Shown here in pieces: positions 35,206-44,175 of a DNA stretch of 64,000 nt. Location of the stretch: NCBI GenBank assembly GCA_035295545.1, contig DATGIT010000004.1:90217-154216 (forward strand). Direction: 5' to 3'. The position numbers were made by a program, and so were the translations under genes. The notes beneath the pieces were generated by a model. It saw only the letters and a list, made by a program, of their open reading frames with translations. It did no database searches and was not told where the DNA came from. Within the stretch, counting starts at the first letter, position 1; each line of letters starts with the position of its first letter. Origin of the DNA: Candidatus Binataceae bacterium (GTDB taxonomy: Bacteria > Desulfobacterota > Binatia > Binatales > Binataceae).

Positions 35206-35756
35206 AACATGAGACCTCTATCCCGCTTCCAACCTGGACCTCTTCCGCGCGGCGGTCTTCTTCTTGCCTCGTCGTCCGACACAAAACAGGGAACGCACAT
35301 CAGCGGGATGAAATCGAGGTCAGGACCATACTGAGCGCTATCCGATCGACAGCCAGCGGGACCGATAACTCGCCACGGACACGACGCCGCTCATTCAGTG
35401 CGGTCCAAGGTTCGGGATTGCGACGATTCCCAACGGTCGAGGAGTATCCACAGTTGCCGCCCGCATTGCCGGACGAGACCTTGGATTTTTACGCATTCAT
35501 TTTTTGTCGAGGGGGCTTTCTTGAATTGGGCATGACGTTCGAGCAGTTTCTGCTCGTGATCGCGACGGTTGCGCCCGGAAGGCTATGCCCAGGCTGCGAG
35601 CCTTAGCCTTAGTACGAGAGCAATCTCGCGAAAGGACGCTTAATCCAAACCTGTGCTTTGCATCTTATTCCTCATGGCACAACGACGCGCCGGAACACCT
35701 CGAGGAGCATCGGAGCCTGGTTCGGTCCGAACTCGGACGACAGCCCGCCGGAAGGC

Positions 35757-37772
35757 ATGGTCGGAATGAGATCCGATAGCTCCGGCCAATCGCGGCAAGC
35801 GTCCGTCGCCATCCTGCTGGTTGACGGCCACGCACCCAACCTTGCGGCGCTGGAGGCGATACTCGAGCCGCTCGGCCATCGTCTTATAAGGGCCTCTGCC
35901 GGTATGGAAGCGGTCGAGATGCTGAAACACCAGGATGTGGCTGTGGTCCTGATGGACGTGCGAATGCCCGGCCTGGATGGCTTCGAGACCGCCGAGTTCG
36001 TTGAGAGCGCACTGCATGCAAAGGATATCCCGGTGATCTTCCTCACCGAGGCCGATGCCGACAAGGACACGATTCGCGACGCATACGCGCACGGCGCGGC
36101 GGACTTTCTGGTACGTCCGTTCGAGGACGAGGTTCTGCGTTCCAAGGTGGCGTTCTTTGTCGATCTGCATTTGAAGGAGCAGAAGCTCAGAGAACAGGCA
36201 TCGGCGATGCGCGAACAGGCGCGCCAGGCGCTCGAGCGCAGCAGCAATCTCAGGTTCGGCGAACTGATGGATGCAATGCCCCTGTGCGTGGTCGTGACCG
36301 ATCGCGAACGTCGCCCCGTGTATTGGAACGAGAGCAGCCTTTCCTACATCGGAGCGGTGCCGGAAGACGCCAATTCCGCACATGCCCTGCTCAACGCGGT
36401 CCATCCCCAGGATCGCGACGAGCTGATACGGCGCTGGGATTCAGCGATTGCCGAGCGGCACCGATTCGAGCTCAAATTCCGCATTCGCGGGCGCGACGGT
36501 CTGTTCCGCTCGCATCTCGGCCGCGGCATCCCGCAGCGCGACGACCAGGGAGCGGTGACCGGGTGGATTCTGACCGCGACCGACATCGAAGCCGAGAACC
36601 AGGCGCTGCTCAGGGCCGAGATGGCCAACCGCGTCAAGGAAGAATTCCTCGCGACGGTCTCGCACGAATTGCGAAATCCGCTGAATGCCATAGTCGGGTG
36701 GGTTCATCTGTTGCGCACGGGCAATCTCGATGCCGAGCGGTCCCGACATGCACTCCAGATTATCGAGCGCAACGTTCATCTCCAGGTTTCGCTGATCGAT
36801 GAAATTCTCGACCTCTCGCGCATAGCGCGGGGCAAGATCCAGTTGAGTTATCGCGTGGTCGATCTGGTGTCGCTTATCGACGGCGCGCTGGACGTGGTCA
36901 GGCCGGCGGCCGAGGCCAAGGAGCTGCGCGTTGAATGGCGCTGGGACGGCCCGCCGCTGCGCATCAACGGCGATTCTGAGCGTCTCCAGCAAGTAATCTC
37001 GAACCTGCTCTCGAACGCGGTGAAATTCACCCCGCCCGGCGGCCTGATCCGCGTCGGTCTCGAACGCCGCTATCGGCATGCGGTGCTGACCGTCAAGGAT
37101 ACCGGCAAGGGTATCCGCCGCGAATTCCTGCCGTTCATCTTCGAAACCTTCCGCCAGGCCGACAGTACGACCACGCGCGAAGACTACGGCCTCGGGCTCG
37201 GGCTTTCGATCGCGCGCAAACTGGTTGAATTGCACGGCGGACACATTGATGCGCAGAGCGAGGGGGTGGACCGGGGCGCGACGTTCTCGATAGCGCTGCC
37301 GATCGATCCCTTGACCGGCAAGGCGGAGCAGAAACCTGAAGTGCCGCTGGCGGGAGAGCACGCGCTGGAGGGTGTCAGAGTCGTCATAATCGAAGACCAC
37401 AGCGACTCGCGCGACGCCGTGGCCGAACTCCTGAAAGGCCTGGGGGCGGTGGCTTTCACCGCTGACTCGGTGCCCCAGGCGATCCAGCTGATGACCGAGC
37501 GGGAAAGTCCCGACGTCGTTATCAGCGACCTCGCCATGCCCGGCGAAGACGGATTCGCACTCGTACGATGGCTGCACGCGCATCCATCGAAGCGAACCGG
37601 CCGGATCCTGACCATCGCTTTGACCGGCCTCAGCGATCCGCAACATTCAAACCGCGCGCTGCAGGAAGGATTCGACACCTGCATGGTCAAGCCTTTGGAG
37701 GTCGGACGCCTGGTCGAGTATATTTCGGCTTCGATCGCGCGCAGGGGAGAACGAATGATGCGGGAGTCGTAA
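35757..37772 (+). CDS. Hybrid sensor histidine kinase (receiver - PAS - HisKA - HATPase_c - receiver)
   Basis: N-terminal receiver ILLVDGHAPN...VLMDVRMPGLDG...LVRPF. PAS region around PVYWNES..FRSHLGRG. H-box FLATVSHELRNPLNAIVGW and G-boxes KDTGKGI, GLGLGLSIARK. C-terminal receiver VVIIEDHSD..ISDLAMPGEDG..VKP. The start is at 35757 or 35766. Confidence 0.85.
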   Translation: MVGMRSDSSGQSRQASVAILLVDGHAPNLAALEAILEPLGHRLIRASAGMEAVEMLKHQDVAVVLMDVRMPGLDGFETAEFVESALHAKDIPVIFLTEADADKDTIRDAYAHGAADFLVRPFEDEVLRSKVAFFVDLHLKEQKLREQASAMREQARQALERSSNLRFGELMDAMPLCVVVTDRERRPVYWNESSLSYIGAVPEDANSAHALLNAVHPQDRDELIRRWDSAIAERHRFELKFRIRGRDGLFRSHLGRGIPQRDDQGAVTGWILTATDIEAENQALLRAEMANRVKEEFLATVSHELRNPLNAIVGWVHLLRTGNLDAERSRHALQIIERNVHLQVSLIDEILDLSRIARGKIQLSYRVVDLVSLIDGALDVVRPAAEAKELRVEWRWDGPPLRINGDSERLQQVISNLLSNAVKFTPPGGLIRVGLERRYRHAVLTVKDTGKGIRREFLPFIFETFRQADSTTTREDYGLGLGLSIARKLVELHGGHIDAQSEGVDRGATFSIALPIDPLTGKAEQKPEVPLAGEHALEGVRVVIIEDHSDSRDAVAELLKGLGAVAFTADSVPQAIQLMTERESPDVVISDLAMPGEDGFALVRWLHAHPSKRTGRILTIALTGLSDPQHSNRALQEGFDTCMVKPLEVGRLVEYISASIARRGERMMRES

Positions 37773-37844
37773 ACTCGCGAGCATTTTTTACAAGAGCACG
37801 ATGCCGCAGGCTGCAGACACCGCATCCACGGAAGCTTCACTGCA

Positions 37845-37860
37845 TGGCACTGTTGATGCT
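37845..37860 (+). promoter_or_regulatory. Candidate sigma54 (-24/-12) promoter upstream of the sigma54 activator gene
   Basis: TGGCAC-TGTTG-ATGCT has a perfect -24 element, GC at exact spacing, and one mismatch in the -12 flank. It lies in the 304-nt kinase-activator spacer. Confidence 0.5.
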
Positions 37861-38076
37861 TCTGCCATGAAATCAGAAGTCGCACGGAATCAATCGCCGA
37901 ATTCGCCGATGAGCCCGTTCGATAGGTGCACATCGATGCGATTTGATAACCGCGTTGACGAATCGAACTTCAGACCGGCGGCCGCTCGCGCACCGAGCGG
38001 CGCCCGCGAGCAATACGAACGTGCCGGCTGCGCTCCCGGTTCAGGCGCGCGCAGCTCGCTTGCAAACGCTAACCCG

Positions 38077-39471
38077 ATGAAGGCTGTGACCAGGGTACTT
38101 ATCGTCGAGGACAACGCCGACGCGCGCGAGGCGTGGTCCACTCTGCTCACGTCGTGGGGCTACCGGGTCGAGGGCGCGGGCGATGGAGAGCGTGCGCTGC
38201 AACTGGTGGAAAGCTTCGACCCGCAGATTCTGCTGCTCGACCTGCGCCTGCCCAGAAAAGACGGTCTGGCAGTGCTGCGCGATATGCGCGCGAATGGACG
38301 GCAGATTCCGACCATTGTCATATCGGGCGAGGGCGAAATCGAAGATGCGGTGCAGTCAATCAAGCTTGGCGCTTACGACTACCTGCGCAAGCCCGTCGAC
38401 CCTAATCACCTTGAGGTACTACTCAACAACCTGCGCACGCATCTGAGCGTCAGCAAGGAAAATCAGCTTCTGCGACGGCGGCTGATGGACGCCGGCGAGT
38501 TGGGGCAATTGATCGGACAGTCGCTGGCGATGCGCCGCGTGATGGCCGCCATCGATCAGGTCGCGCCGAGCAGCGCCTCGGTTGTGATCGTGGGTGAAAG
38601 CGGCACCGGCAAGGAACTGATCGCGCGCACCATCCATGAACTGTCGCCGCGCGCTGCGGGACCCTACATCGCGATAAACTGCGCCGCGCTGCCCGAGACG
38701 CTGATGGAAAGCGAGCTGTTCGGTCACGAGCGCGGCGCTTTCACCGGCGCCGATCGGCGCCGCGAAGGCTGTTTCGAACTCGGCGCGGGCGGCACTCTGC
38801 TGCTCGACGAGATCGGCGAGATGAAGCCGGAGCTGCAGGCAAAGCTCTTGCGCGTGCTCGAGGAGCGCAAAGTGCGCCGCCTCGGCGGCTCAACCGAAAT
38901 CTCGGTGGACGTGCGCGTGCTGGCCGCGACCAACCGCAATCTCGAAATGCAATTGCGCGAAGGAAAGTTTCGCGAAGACCTCTACTATCGGTTGAACGTG
39001 TTCACGATCCAGCTACCCACTTTGCGCGAACGCTCCGACGACATACCGATTCTGATCGAACATTTCCTTCGCCAGCTGGCCCCTGCCACCGGGAAGTCCA
39101 TTATCGGGATCGAGGCCGACTGCCTCGAGCTGCTCCGCGCGCAGCGCTGGCCCGGCAACGTGCGTCAGCTTCGCAATGTCATCGAGCGCGCGCTCATCGT
39201 CACGCCCGGACCGATGATCTCCAAGGCCGACCTGCCGGAGGAAATCACGCTGGAGGCAGCTTCAACTCAGCCACCGCCCCCGCTTCAGGCGCCTGCCTCC
39301 GGTGAAGGCTCGACCGCCGGCCTGAACGTGCACGTCGGAATGTCGCTGAACGAGGTCAAGCGCGAGCTTCTTCTGCATACGCTGAAGTTCACTGGCGGCA
39401 ACAAGGCAAAAGCCGCCGAAATCCTCGGCGTCTCGCTGAAGACACTGTACAACCACCTTAAGGGCGAGTAG
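38077..39471 (+). CDS. Sigma54-dependent response regulator (NtrC/AtoC type: receiver - AAA+ - Fis HTH)
   Basis: Receiver VLIVEDNAD..LLLDLRLPRKDG..LRKP. Walker A GESGTGKE, the GAFTGA loop (ERGAFTGA), and WPGNVRQLRN. C-terminal HTH NKAKAAEILGVSLKTLYN. The ORF is open from 37801. ATG 38077 fits the domain start, and ATG 37936 (AGGTG SD) is an alternative. Confidence 0.9.
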   Translation: MKAVTRVLIVEDNADAREAWSTLLTSWGYRVEGAGDGERALQLVESFDPQILLLDLRLPRKDGLAVLRDMRANGRQIPTIVISGEGEIEDAVQSIKLGAYDYLRKPVDPNHLEVLLNNLRTHLSVSKENQLLRRRLMDAGELGQLIGQSLAMRRVMAAIDQVAPSSASVVIVGESGTGKELIARTIHELSPRAAGPYIAINCAALPETLMESELFGHERGAFTGADRRREGCFELGAGGTLLLDEIGEMKPELQAKLLRVLEERKVRRLGGSTEISVDVRVLAATNRNLEMQLREGKFREDLYYRLNVFTIQLPTLRERSDDIPILIEHFLRQLAPATGKSIIGIEADCLELLRAQRWPGNVRQLRNVIERALIVTPGPMISKADLPEEITLEAASTQPPPPLQAPASGEGSTAGLNVHVGMSLNEVKRELLLHTLKFTGGNKAKAAEILGVSLKTLYNHLKGE

Positions 39472-39631
39472 CCACACCGCGCGCTGGCCGACTCGCCCGT
39501 ACTCCTTCTTCGACCTGCTCTCTTTTGCAGCGCTCGTCCGCAGTGTAATTCTGCGAATCCCGCGAAACACGCCGAAGCTTGTCGTATCGCAAACCAACAG
39601 CCATTTGCGCGCCTGAACTAACAGTCGCGGA

Positions 39632-39647
39632 TGGCACGGGATTTTCA
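39632..39647 (+). promoter_or_regulatory. Candidate sigma54 (-24/-12) promoter for the Thr-rich lipoprotein gene
   Basis: TGGCAC-GGGAT-TTTCA has a perfect -24 element, and the -12 reads TC instead of GC (one mismatch). It lies 45 nt upstream of ATG 39692. Confidence 0.4.
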
Positions 39648-39691
39648 TCTGCCTCAATTGTTAGATTGATCGCCCAGGAGATGCGCAGAAA

Positions 39692-39952
39692 ATGAACTAC
39701 CATGGATCCCTTTTTGTCTGCCTGGCCGCTGCATTGGCTATAGGACTTTGTTCTGCGTGCGAATCAGCCGGCACCAGAGAAACTACGACCACGACTACTG
39801 AATACAGTTCTCCGGAGTCTCCGACGGTGACAACGCCGCCTCCAGCCGCTTATCCAAATACTGGTTCCTCAGAAACGACCACGACCACCACCACCAGTCC
39901 TAGCGGCGTGGTACAGAAGCGCTCGACCACGACAACCTACCCTTCGCAATGA
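39692..39952 (+). CDS. Small exported Thr/Ser/Pro-rich (mucin-like) putative lipoprotein
   Basis: CAGGAG SD upstream. Signal peptide MNYHGSLFVCLAAALAIGLCSAC, then TTTTTT and TTTTTTT runs. 86 aa, no family recognised. Confidence 0.55.
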   Translation: MNYHGSLFVCLAAALAIGLCSACESAGTRETTTTTTEYSSPESPTVTTPPPAAYPNTGSSETTTTTTTSPSGVVQKRSTTTTYPSQ

Positions 39953-40119
39953 GCGGTCGCGATCAGCACGCATGAATCTCCGCCGACTAACGCAGTTTCC
40001 GTGCGGCGAGCTATTCGCTCAACGATGAAGCGATTCGCATTGTAGAACTGGACGACGTGCGCCGGTTCGCTGAACCGATCGGAGTGTCGAGAGCTTAGGC
40101 GTGCGGAGAGCAAGCTCAT
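39937..40119 (-). pseudogene. Possible truncated N-terminal remnant of a MEDS-domain sensor protein
   Basis: AHVVQFYNANRFIVERIARRTETALVGGDSCVLIAT resembles the start of MEDS domains (H.vqFY.dd..l......fi..gl..ge..v.ia). It stops after about 45 residues of a roughly 160-aa domain, with no continuation in any frame. Confidence 0.35.
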
Positions 40120-40303
40120 GGAAGGAGACGTCGGCGCCTGAGCCCGGGTCTATCCATTTCGCAAAGATCCTCGCAAGATCCGGGTCGCGGAATTGGCGCG
40201 TGAAGGCTCCGCCACATCCTGCGAAGAATAATGAAGCAGCCGCGGCAGCGGCGCGCCCGATATCATCGATTCGCCGCCGCCACGGCGAGCGGAAACTCAA
40301 TCG

Positions 40304-40492
40304 CTAGTGCTGCTCATCCAGCCACCTGCGGATTTCCTCCTTGCGATCGCCCGTTCGTTCCTGGATGCGGCCCGCAAGTTTGTCCATATCTCCTTCGACC
40401 TCGAGCAGGTCGTCATCCGTCACCCTCGCCCATCTGCGCTTGATCTCGCCCTTCAATTGATTCCATTTGCCTTTGGTCTGATCCTTATTCAT
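40304..40492 (-). CDS. CsbD family general stress protein
   Basis: 62 aa. KGKWNQLKGEIKRRWARVTDDDLLEVEGDMDKLAGRIQERTG is the CsbD signature. GAGGAAG SD upstream. Confidence 0.85.
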   Translation of the reverse strand: MNKDQTKGKWNQLKGEIKRRWARVTDDDLLEVEGDMDKLAGRIQERTGDRKEEIRRWLDEQH

Positions 40493-40722
40493 CGCTTCTT
40501 CCTCTGCTAATCGCTAAATTGCAAGAGCAAACCAAAGGGGAGCAACAACCATGCCCGCGACCAGGACTCATCAACCAGGAGTCTTTGGCGGTCTGATGCG
40601 AAACGCGGGCAGCTTTTTTGCCGGAGCTTTCGAAAGAGCAGGGGAATCTTCCCCGGCGGAGATACGCGCACATTCCGGCTATGGCCGCTGATTTGAAATC
40701 GCAGCCAAAGTAAAAAACTCGA

Positions 40723-42270
40723 TCATCGATTGAGCCGCAAGCGAATGAGTTGTTTGAGCAATTCGATATCCACCGGTTTGACCAAATGTCGGTCGAATCC
40801 GGCTTCGCTGGCTCTGACCGCGTCTTCAGGACGTCCAAATCCGGTTGCGGCGATGAGGAACGGCCGCTCGCCACGATGATTTCGCAGGATTTCCCGCGCG
40901 AGCTGAAAACCTGAACCGTCAGGCAAATCGAGATCGAGGATAAAGATATCGAACGCGTTCTCGGAAGTCCTGGCGATCGCATCCGCTACGTCTTTGGCGC
41001 CGACGACCTGGACCGGCTCGTCCGCCAAAGCCAGCAGCATCATTTCGCGCTGATCGGGATTGTCTTCGACAAGCAGTACACATGGCATGACTGCATCTTT
41101 TGAAGGTTCCGCTTCCTCGGCCAGGCTTGGCAGGCGCAGTGTCAGCTCGGTGCCCTTGTCCAGTCCGTCGCTGGCGGCCTCGATGGTTCCGCCATGCAAT
41201 TCAGTCAGCTTGCGCGCCAGCCACAGGCCCACCCCAAGACCAGTGCGATTGCCCGCCTCGCCCTGGGCAAACAGCTGGAACAGCCTGTCGAGCATCGCCC
41301 GGTCCAGACCTGCGCCCGTATCGCGCACGCGCACCACTAACTGGCCGGTTTCGCGCTCGGCCGAGATCTGGATTGTGCCGCCGGACGAAGTGAACTTGAG
41401 CGCATTCGCCAGCAGATTGGAAATGATTTGCTCGATCCTGAAGCCGTCGCCGGAAACGCGCAGCGGATAGTCGGGGCGCAGGTACTTGAAACCGATTCCT
41501 TTTGCCTCGAATTCCGGCAGGTAAGGCTCGACCGCGTTCTGGATAGCCTTGCGCAAGTCCAAAGGCTTTCGTTCGAGTTCAATCTTGCCTCGCGAGATAC
41601 GATTGACGTCAAGCAGGTCATCAATCAGTCGGATTTGCGATGCGGTTTGCCGCTCGACCACGTCGAGGGCCCGCTGGCGTTGCACCTCGTCGATGCCTTC
41701 CTTATGCAGGATGTACAGGGCGGTGCGGATCGCCGCCAGGGGATTGCGCAACTCGTGCGAGAGCACAGCCAGGAACCGATCCTTCTGCTCGTTGGCTGCG
41801 CGCAATTCGTCGCGCGCCGCGTCGCGTTCGAGGTTCGCTTCTCGGACAAATTGCTCGATCGAACTGAACTCGCTGCGATCAACGATATGCATCAGCAATT
41901 CGCGAGCGCCATACAAGGTGTCGGACGGCTGAGCCGCGGCCAGCTCTTCGAGCGTTTGGCGGAGCAGTTGGCGAAAGATTGCAAACTCCCACGCAACCTG
42001 GGCCGCACGGTAGCCGCGCACCCTGCGCGCGTGACCGTGCCGGGCGCCTCGCTGCTCGATCTCTTCCTCGGACACCCGCATGCCTCCCAAAGCGTTGATC
42101 ATCTCCTGAAAAAGCCCGGGAAGATGATCTTCAAGTTCCTCGTCGCTGAACCACAGACGTGACTCGGGAAGGCTGTTGTCGGCTCGCACCTGCTCGCGCC
42201 AGCGAGCGAACAGCTCGCCGCGTCGGGCCTCGAAGTGCGCGCGCACTTCCTCGAGCTTATCTATCGTCAT
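40723..42270 (-). CDS. Hybrid sensor histidine kinase (cytoplasmic N-terminal sensor domain, HisKA, HATPase_c, receiver)
   Basis: ATG 42270 gives MTIDKLEEV. The N-terminal WREQVR...LEDHLPGLFQEMINAL is tentatively RsbRD-N-like. H-box FLAVLSHELRNPLAAI and G-boxes RDTGAGL, GVGLWLARK. Receiver VLLVEDNPD..ILDLDLPDGSG..VKP. Confidence 0.8.
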   Translation of the reverse strand: MTIDKLEEVRAHFEARRGELFARWREQVRADNSLPESRLWFSDEELEDHLPGLFQEMINALGGMRVSEEEIEQRGARHGHARRVRGYRAAQVAWEFAIFRQLLRQTLEELAAAQPSDTLYGARELLMHIVDRSEFSSIEQFVREANLERDAARDELRAANEQKDRFLAVLSHELRNPLAAIRTALYILHKEGIDEVQRQRALDVVERQTASQIRLIDDLLDVNRISRGKIELERKPLDLRKAIQNAVEPYLPEFEAKGIGFKYLRPDYPLRVSGDGFRIEQIISNLLANALKFTSSGGTIQISAERETGQLVVRVRDTGAGLDRAMLDRLFQLFAQGEAGNRTGLGVGLWLARKLTELHGGTIEAASDGLDKGTELTLRLPSLAEEAEPSKDAVMPCVLLVEDNPDQREMMLLALADEPVQVVGAKDVADAIARTSENAFDIFILDLDLPDGSGFQLAREILRNHRGERPFLIAATGFGRPEDAVRASEAGFDRHLVKPVDIELLKQLIRLRLNR

Positions 42271-44152
42271 CTGCCGTTCCTTTGCCGGTCGCGGGCAGAT
42301 ACAGCGCGGCAGTGAAGGATGCGAGTTCAACTGAGGCGCCGGTCTTCTCGATTGTCGCGGGCGGCATAACCGAGGGCGTCGGCCCGAAGGTTTCTTCTCC
42401 TGTGTAAAGCGCAAGTGCCAGGCGTCCGCTCTGTTCGCCCACCGTCAAGGTCAGCGATTTTTCGCTGAGGTTGCACAGCAACAGAGCATCCAGACCCGAA
42501 AGATCGCCGCGACGGACGATCATCCATCGCGGCTCCTCGCCGAAACTCACCTGGGTAAGGTCTTTGCGGGAGTTCGCAAGGCAAGGCGTCGACTTGCGTA
42601 ATTCGATCAGCCTGCGATTGAACGCCAGCAGCTCGCGATGCGGCGTCCGGGCTGGCTCCGCCCAATCGATGCGCGAACCGACGAAAGTCTGCGCCGCCTG
42701 GGGATCTGGAAAAGCACGGTCCGTGAAGAATGGTTCATACTCGCGCCGACGTCCCTCCGAAACTGCCTCTGCCAGCGCCCGCTCGGTGAAGCTGGTGAAG
42801 TAATTGAATGGCGTCGAGGCGCCGAATTCCTCGCCCATGAAAAGCATCGGCAGGGCGGGCGCGCACCATAGGATCGCCGCCGCCAGCTTCTGCTGCGCGA
42901 GCGAGGCCAGTTGCGACAGGCGCCGTCCCGCGTCGGCATTGGCAATCTGATCGTGATTCTGGTTGAACACGACGAACTGGCGGCCTGAATTGCCCGTCGA
43001 CGGCGCACCGTGACGGCGGCCGCGATATTCCGAGCGGCCGCCGTCATAGACGAAGCCTTGGGTCAGCGCCTTGGCGAGATCGCCGATCCGACCGAAATCC
43101 ATAAAGTAGCCATTGTGATCGCCGGTCAACAGGGTGTGCAGCGCATGATGAAAATCGTCGTGCCATTGCGCGTCGAGCCCGTGTCCGCCAATCGCCGGCG
43201 GATTGATGACGCGTGGATCGTTGAGATCGCTTTCGGCTATCAACCACGCCTCGCGTCCGAGCAGACGCGCCTGCCGGTGAAAAGCGTCTGCCATCTCGCG
43301 CAGCACATGAACCGCTCCGAAGTCGAATATTTCATGGATCGCATCGAGCCGCAGCGCATCGACGTGATACTCAGTCAGCCAGTACAGCGCATTCTCAATG
43401 AAGAAGCGTCTGACCGGGTCGCTCCCCGCGCCGTCGAAATTGATAGCCTGTCCCCACGCACCACGATAGCGATCGGTGAAATATGGGCCGTATTCCGCGA
43501 GGTAGTTACCCTCGGGGCCAAGATGGTTGTAAACGACGTCAAGTATGACCGCGAGGCCCGCGCGGTGGCACGCATCCACCATTCGTTTGAAGCCCGCGGG
43601 TCCGCCATAGCATGTATGGGGCGCGTACAATGCCACGCCGTCATAGCCCCAGTTGCGGCCGCCGGCGAACGACGCGACGGGCATGATCTCGACCGCGGTA
43701 ATACCCAGTTCGCGAAGATAGGGAATGCGCTCGACGATTCCTGCGAACGTTCCTTCGGAACTGAAAGTGCCGGTGTGGATCTCGTAAATGATCAGATCCT
43801 GCAGCGGCAGGCCGCGCCAATCGCCGTCGGTCCAGCCGAAAGCCAACGGATCGACCACCTGGGAAGCTTCATGCACGCCGCGCGGCTGGCAACGCGACAC
43901 CGGATCGGGCCGTCTGCGGCCGTCCTCGAATTGGTACATATATTCCGCGCCCGGGTCGAGGCCGCGCGCAAACGCCGTGAAGCACCCATCCGCGCCGCGC
44001 TCCATCCGCAGGATCGCCGCTTCGGGACTGGAAATGCAGACTGACAGTTCCTTCGCGCGCGGCGCCCATACCCGGAAGAGCACGCCCTGCGAGGTGAGAC
44101 TCGCGCCGAATTCGAGACGCTGTACAGGATCGCCAGGAGCGCTCTGCCCCAT
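42257..44152 (-). CDS. treZ: Malto-oligosyltrehalose trehalohydrolase (GH13)
   Basis: ATG 44152 follows GGAGAGGA. FRVWAP, IYEIHTGTF, AVEIMPV..GRNWGYDG, VILDVVYNHLGPEGN, DALRLDA and WHDDFHH are TreZ/GH13 motifs. The upstream 144 codons of the ORF are Arg-rich and overlap treY. Confidence 0.85.
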   Translation of the reverse strand: MGQSAPGDPVQRLEFGASLTSQGVLFRVWAPRAKELSVCISSPEAAILRMERGADGCFTAFARGLDPGAEYMYQFEDGRRRPDPVSRCQPRGVHEASQVVDPLAFGWTDGDWRGLPLQDLIIYEIHTGTFSSEGTFAGIVERIPYLRELGITAVEIMPVASFAGGRNWGYDGVALYAPHTCYGGPAGFKRMVDACHRAGLAVILDVVYNHLGPEGNYLAEYGPYFTDRYRGAWGQAINFDGAGSDPVRRFFIENALYWLTEYHVDALRLDAIHEIFDFGAVHVLREMADAFHRQARLLGREAWLIAESDLNDPRVINPPAIGGHGLDAQWHDDFHHALHTLLTGDHNGYFMDFGRIGDLAKALTQGFVYDGGRSEYRGRRHGAPSTGNSGRQFVVFNQNHDQIANADAGRRLSQLASLAQQKLAAAILWCAPALPMLFMGEEFGASTPFNYFTSFTERALAEAVSEGRRREYEPFFTDRAFPDPQAAQTFVGSRIDWAEPARTPHRELLAFNRRLIELRKSTPCLANSRKDLTQVSFGEEPRWMIVRRGDLSGLDALLLCNLSEKSLTLTVGEQSGRLALALYTGEETFGPTPSVMPPATIEKTGASVELASFTAALYLPATGKGTADDDR

Positions 44153-44175
44153 TGGTCTCCGGTCCTCTCCGCCTT

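Noticed and set aside
35418-35606. 62-codon ORF in the sigma54 leader region
   Set aside because: It has a TTG start, a weak SD and no family resemblance. It cannot be supported as a gene, though it is mentioned in the leader finding.
40518-40535. Sigma54-like motif TTGGTTTGCTCTTGCAAT upstream of csbD (minus strand)
   Set aside because: The GG to GC spacing is one nucleotide short of the invariant -24/-12 spacing.
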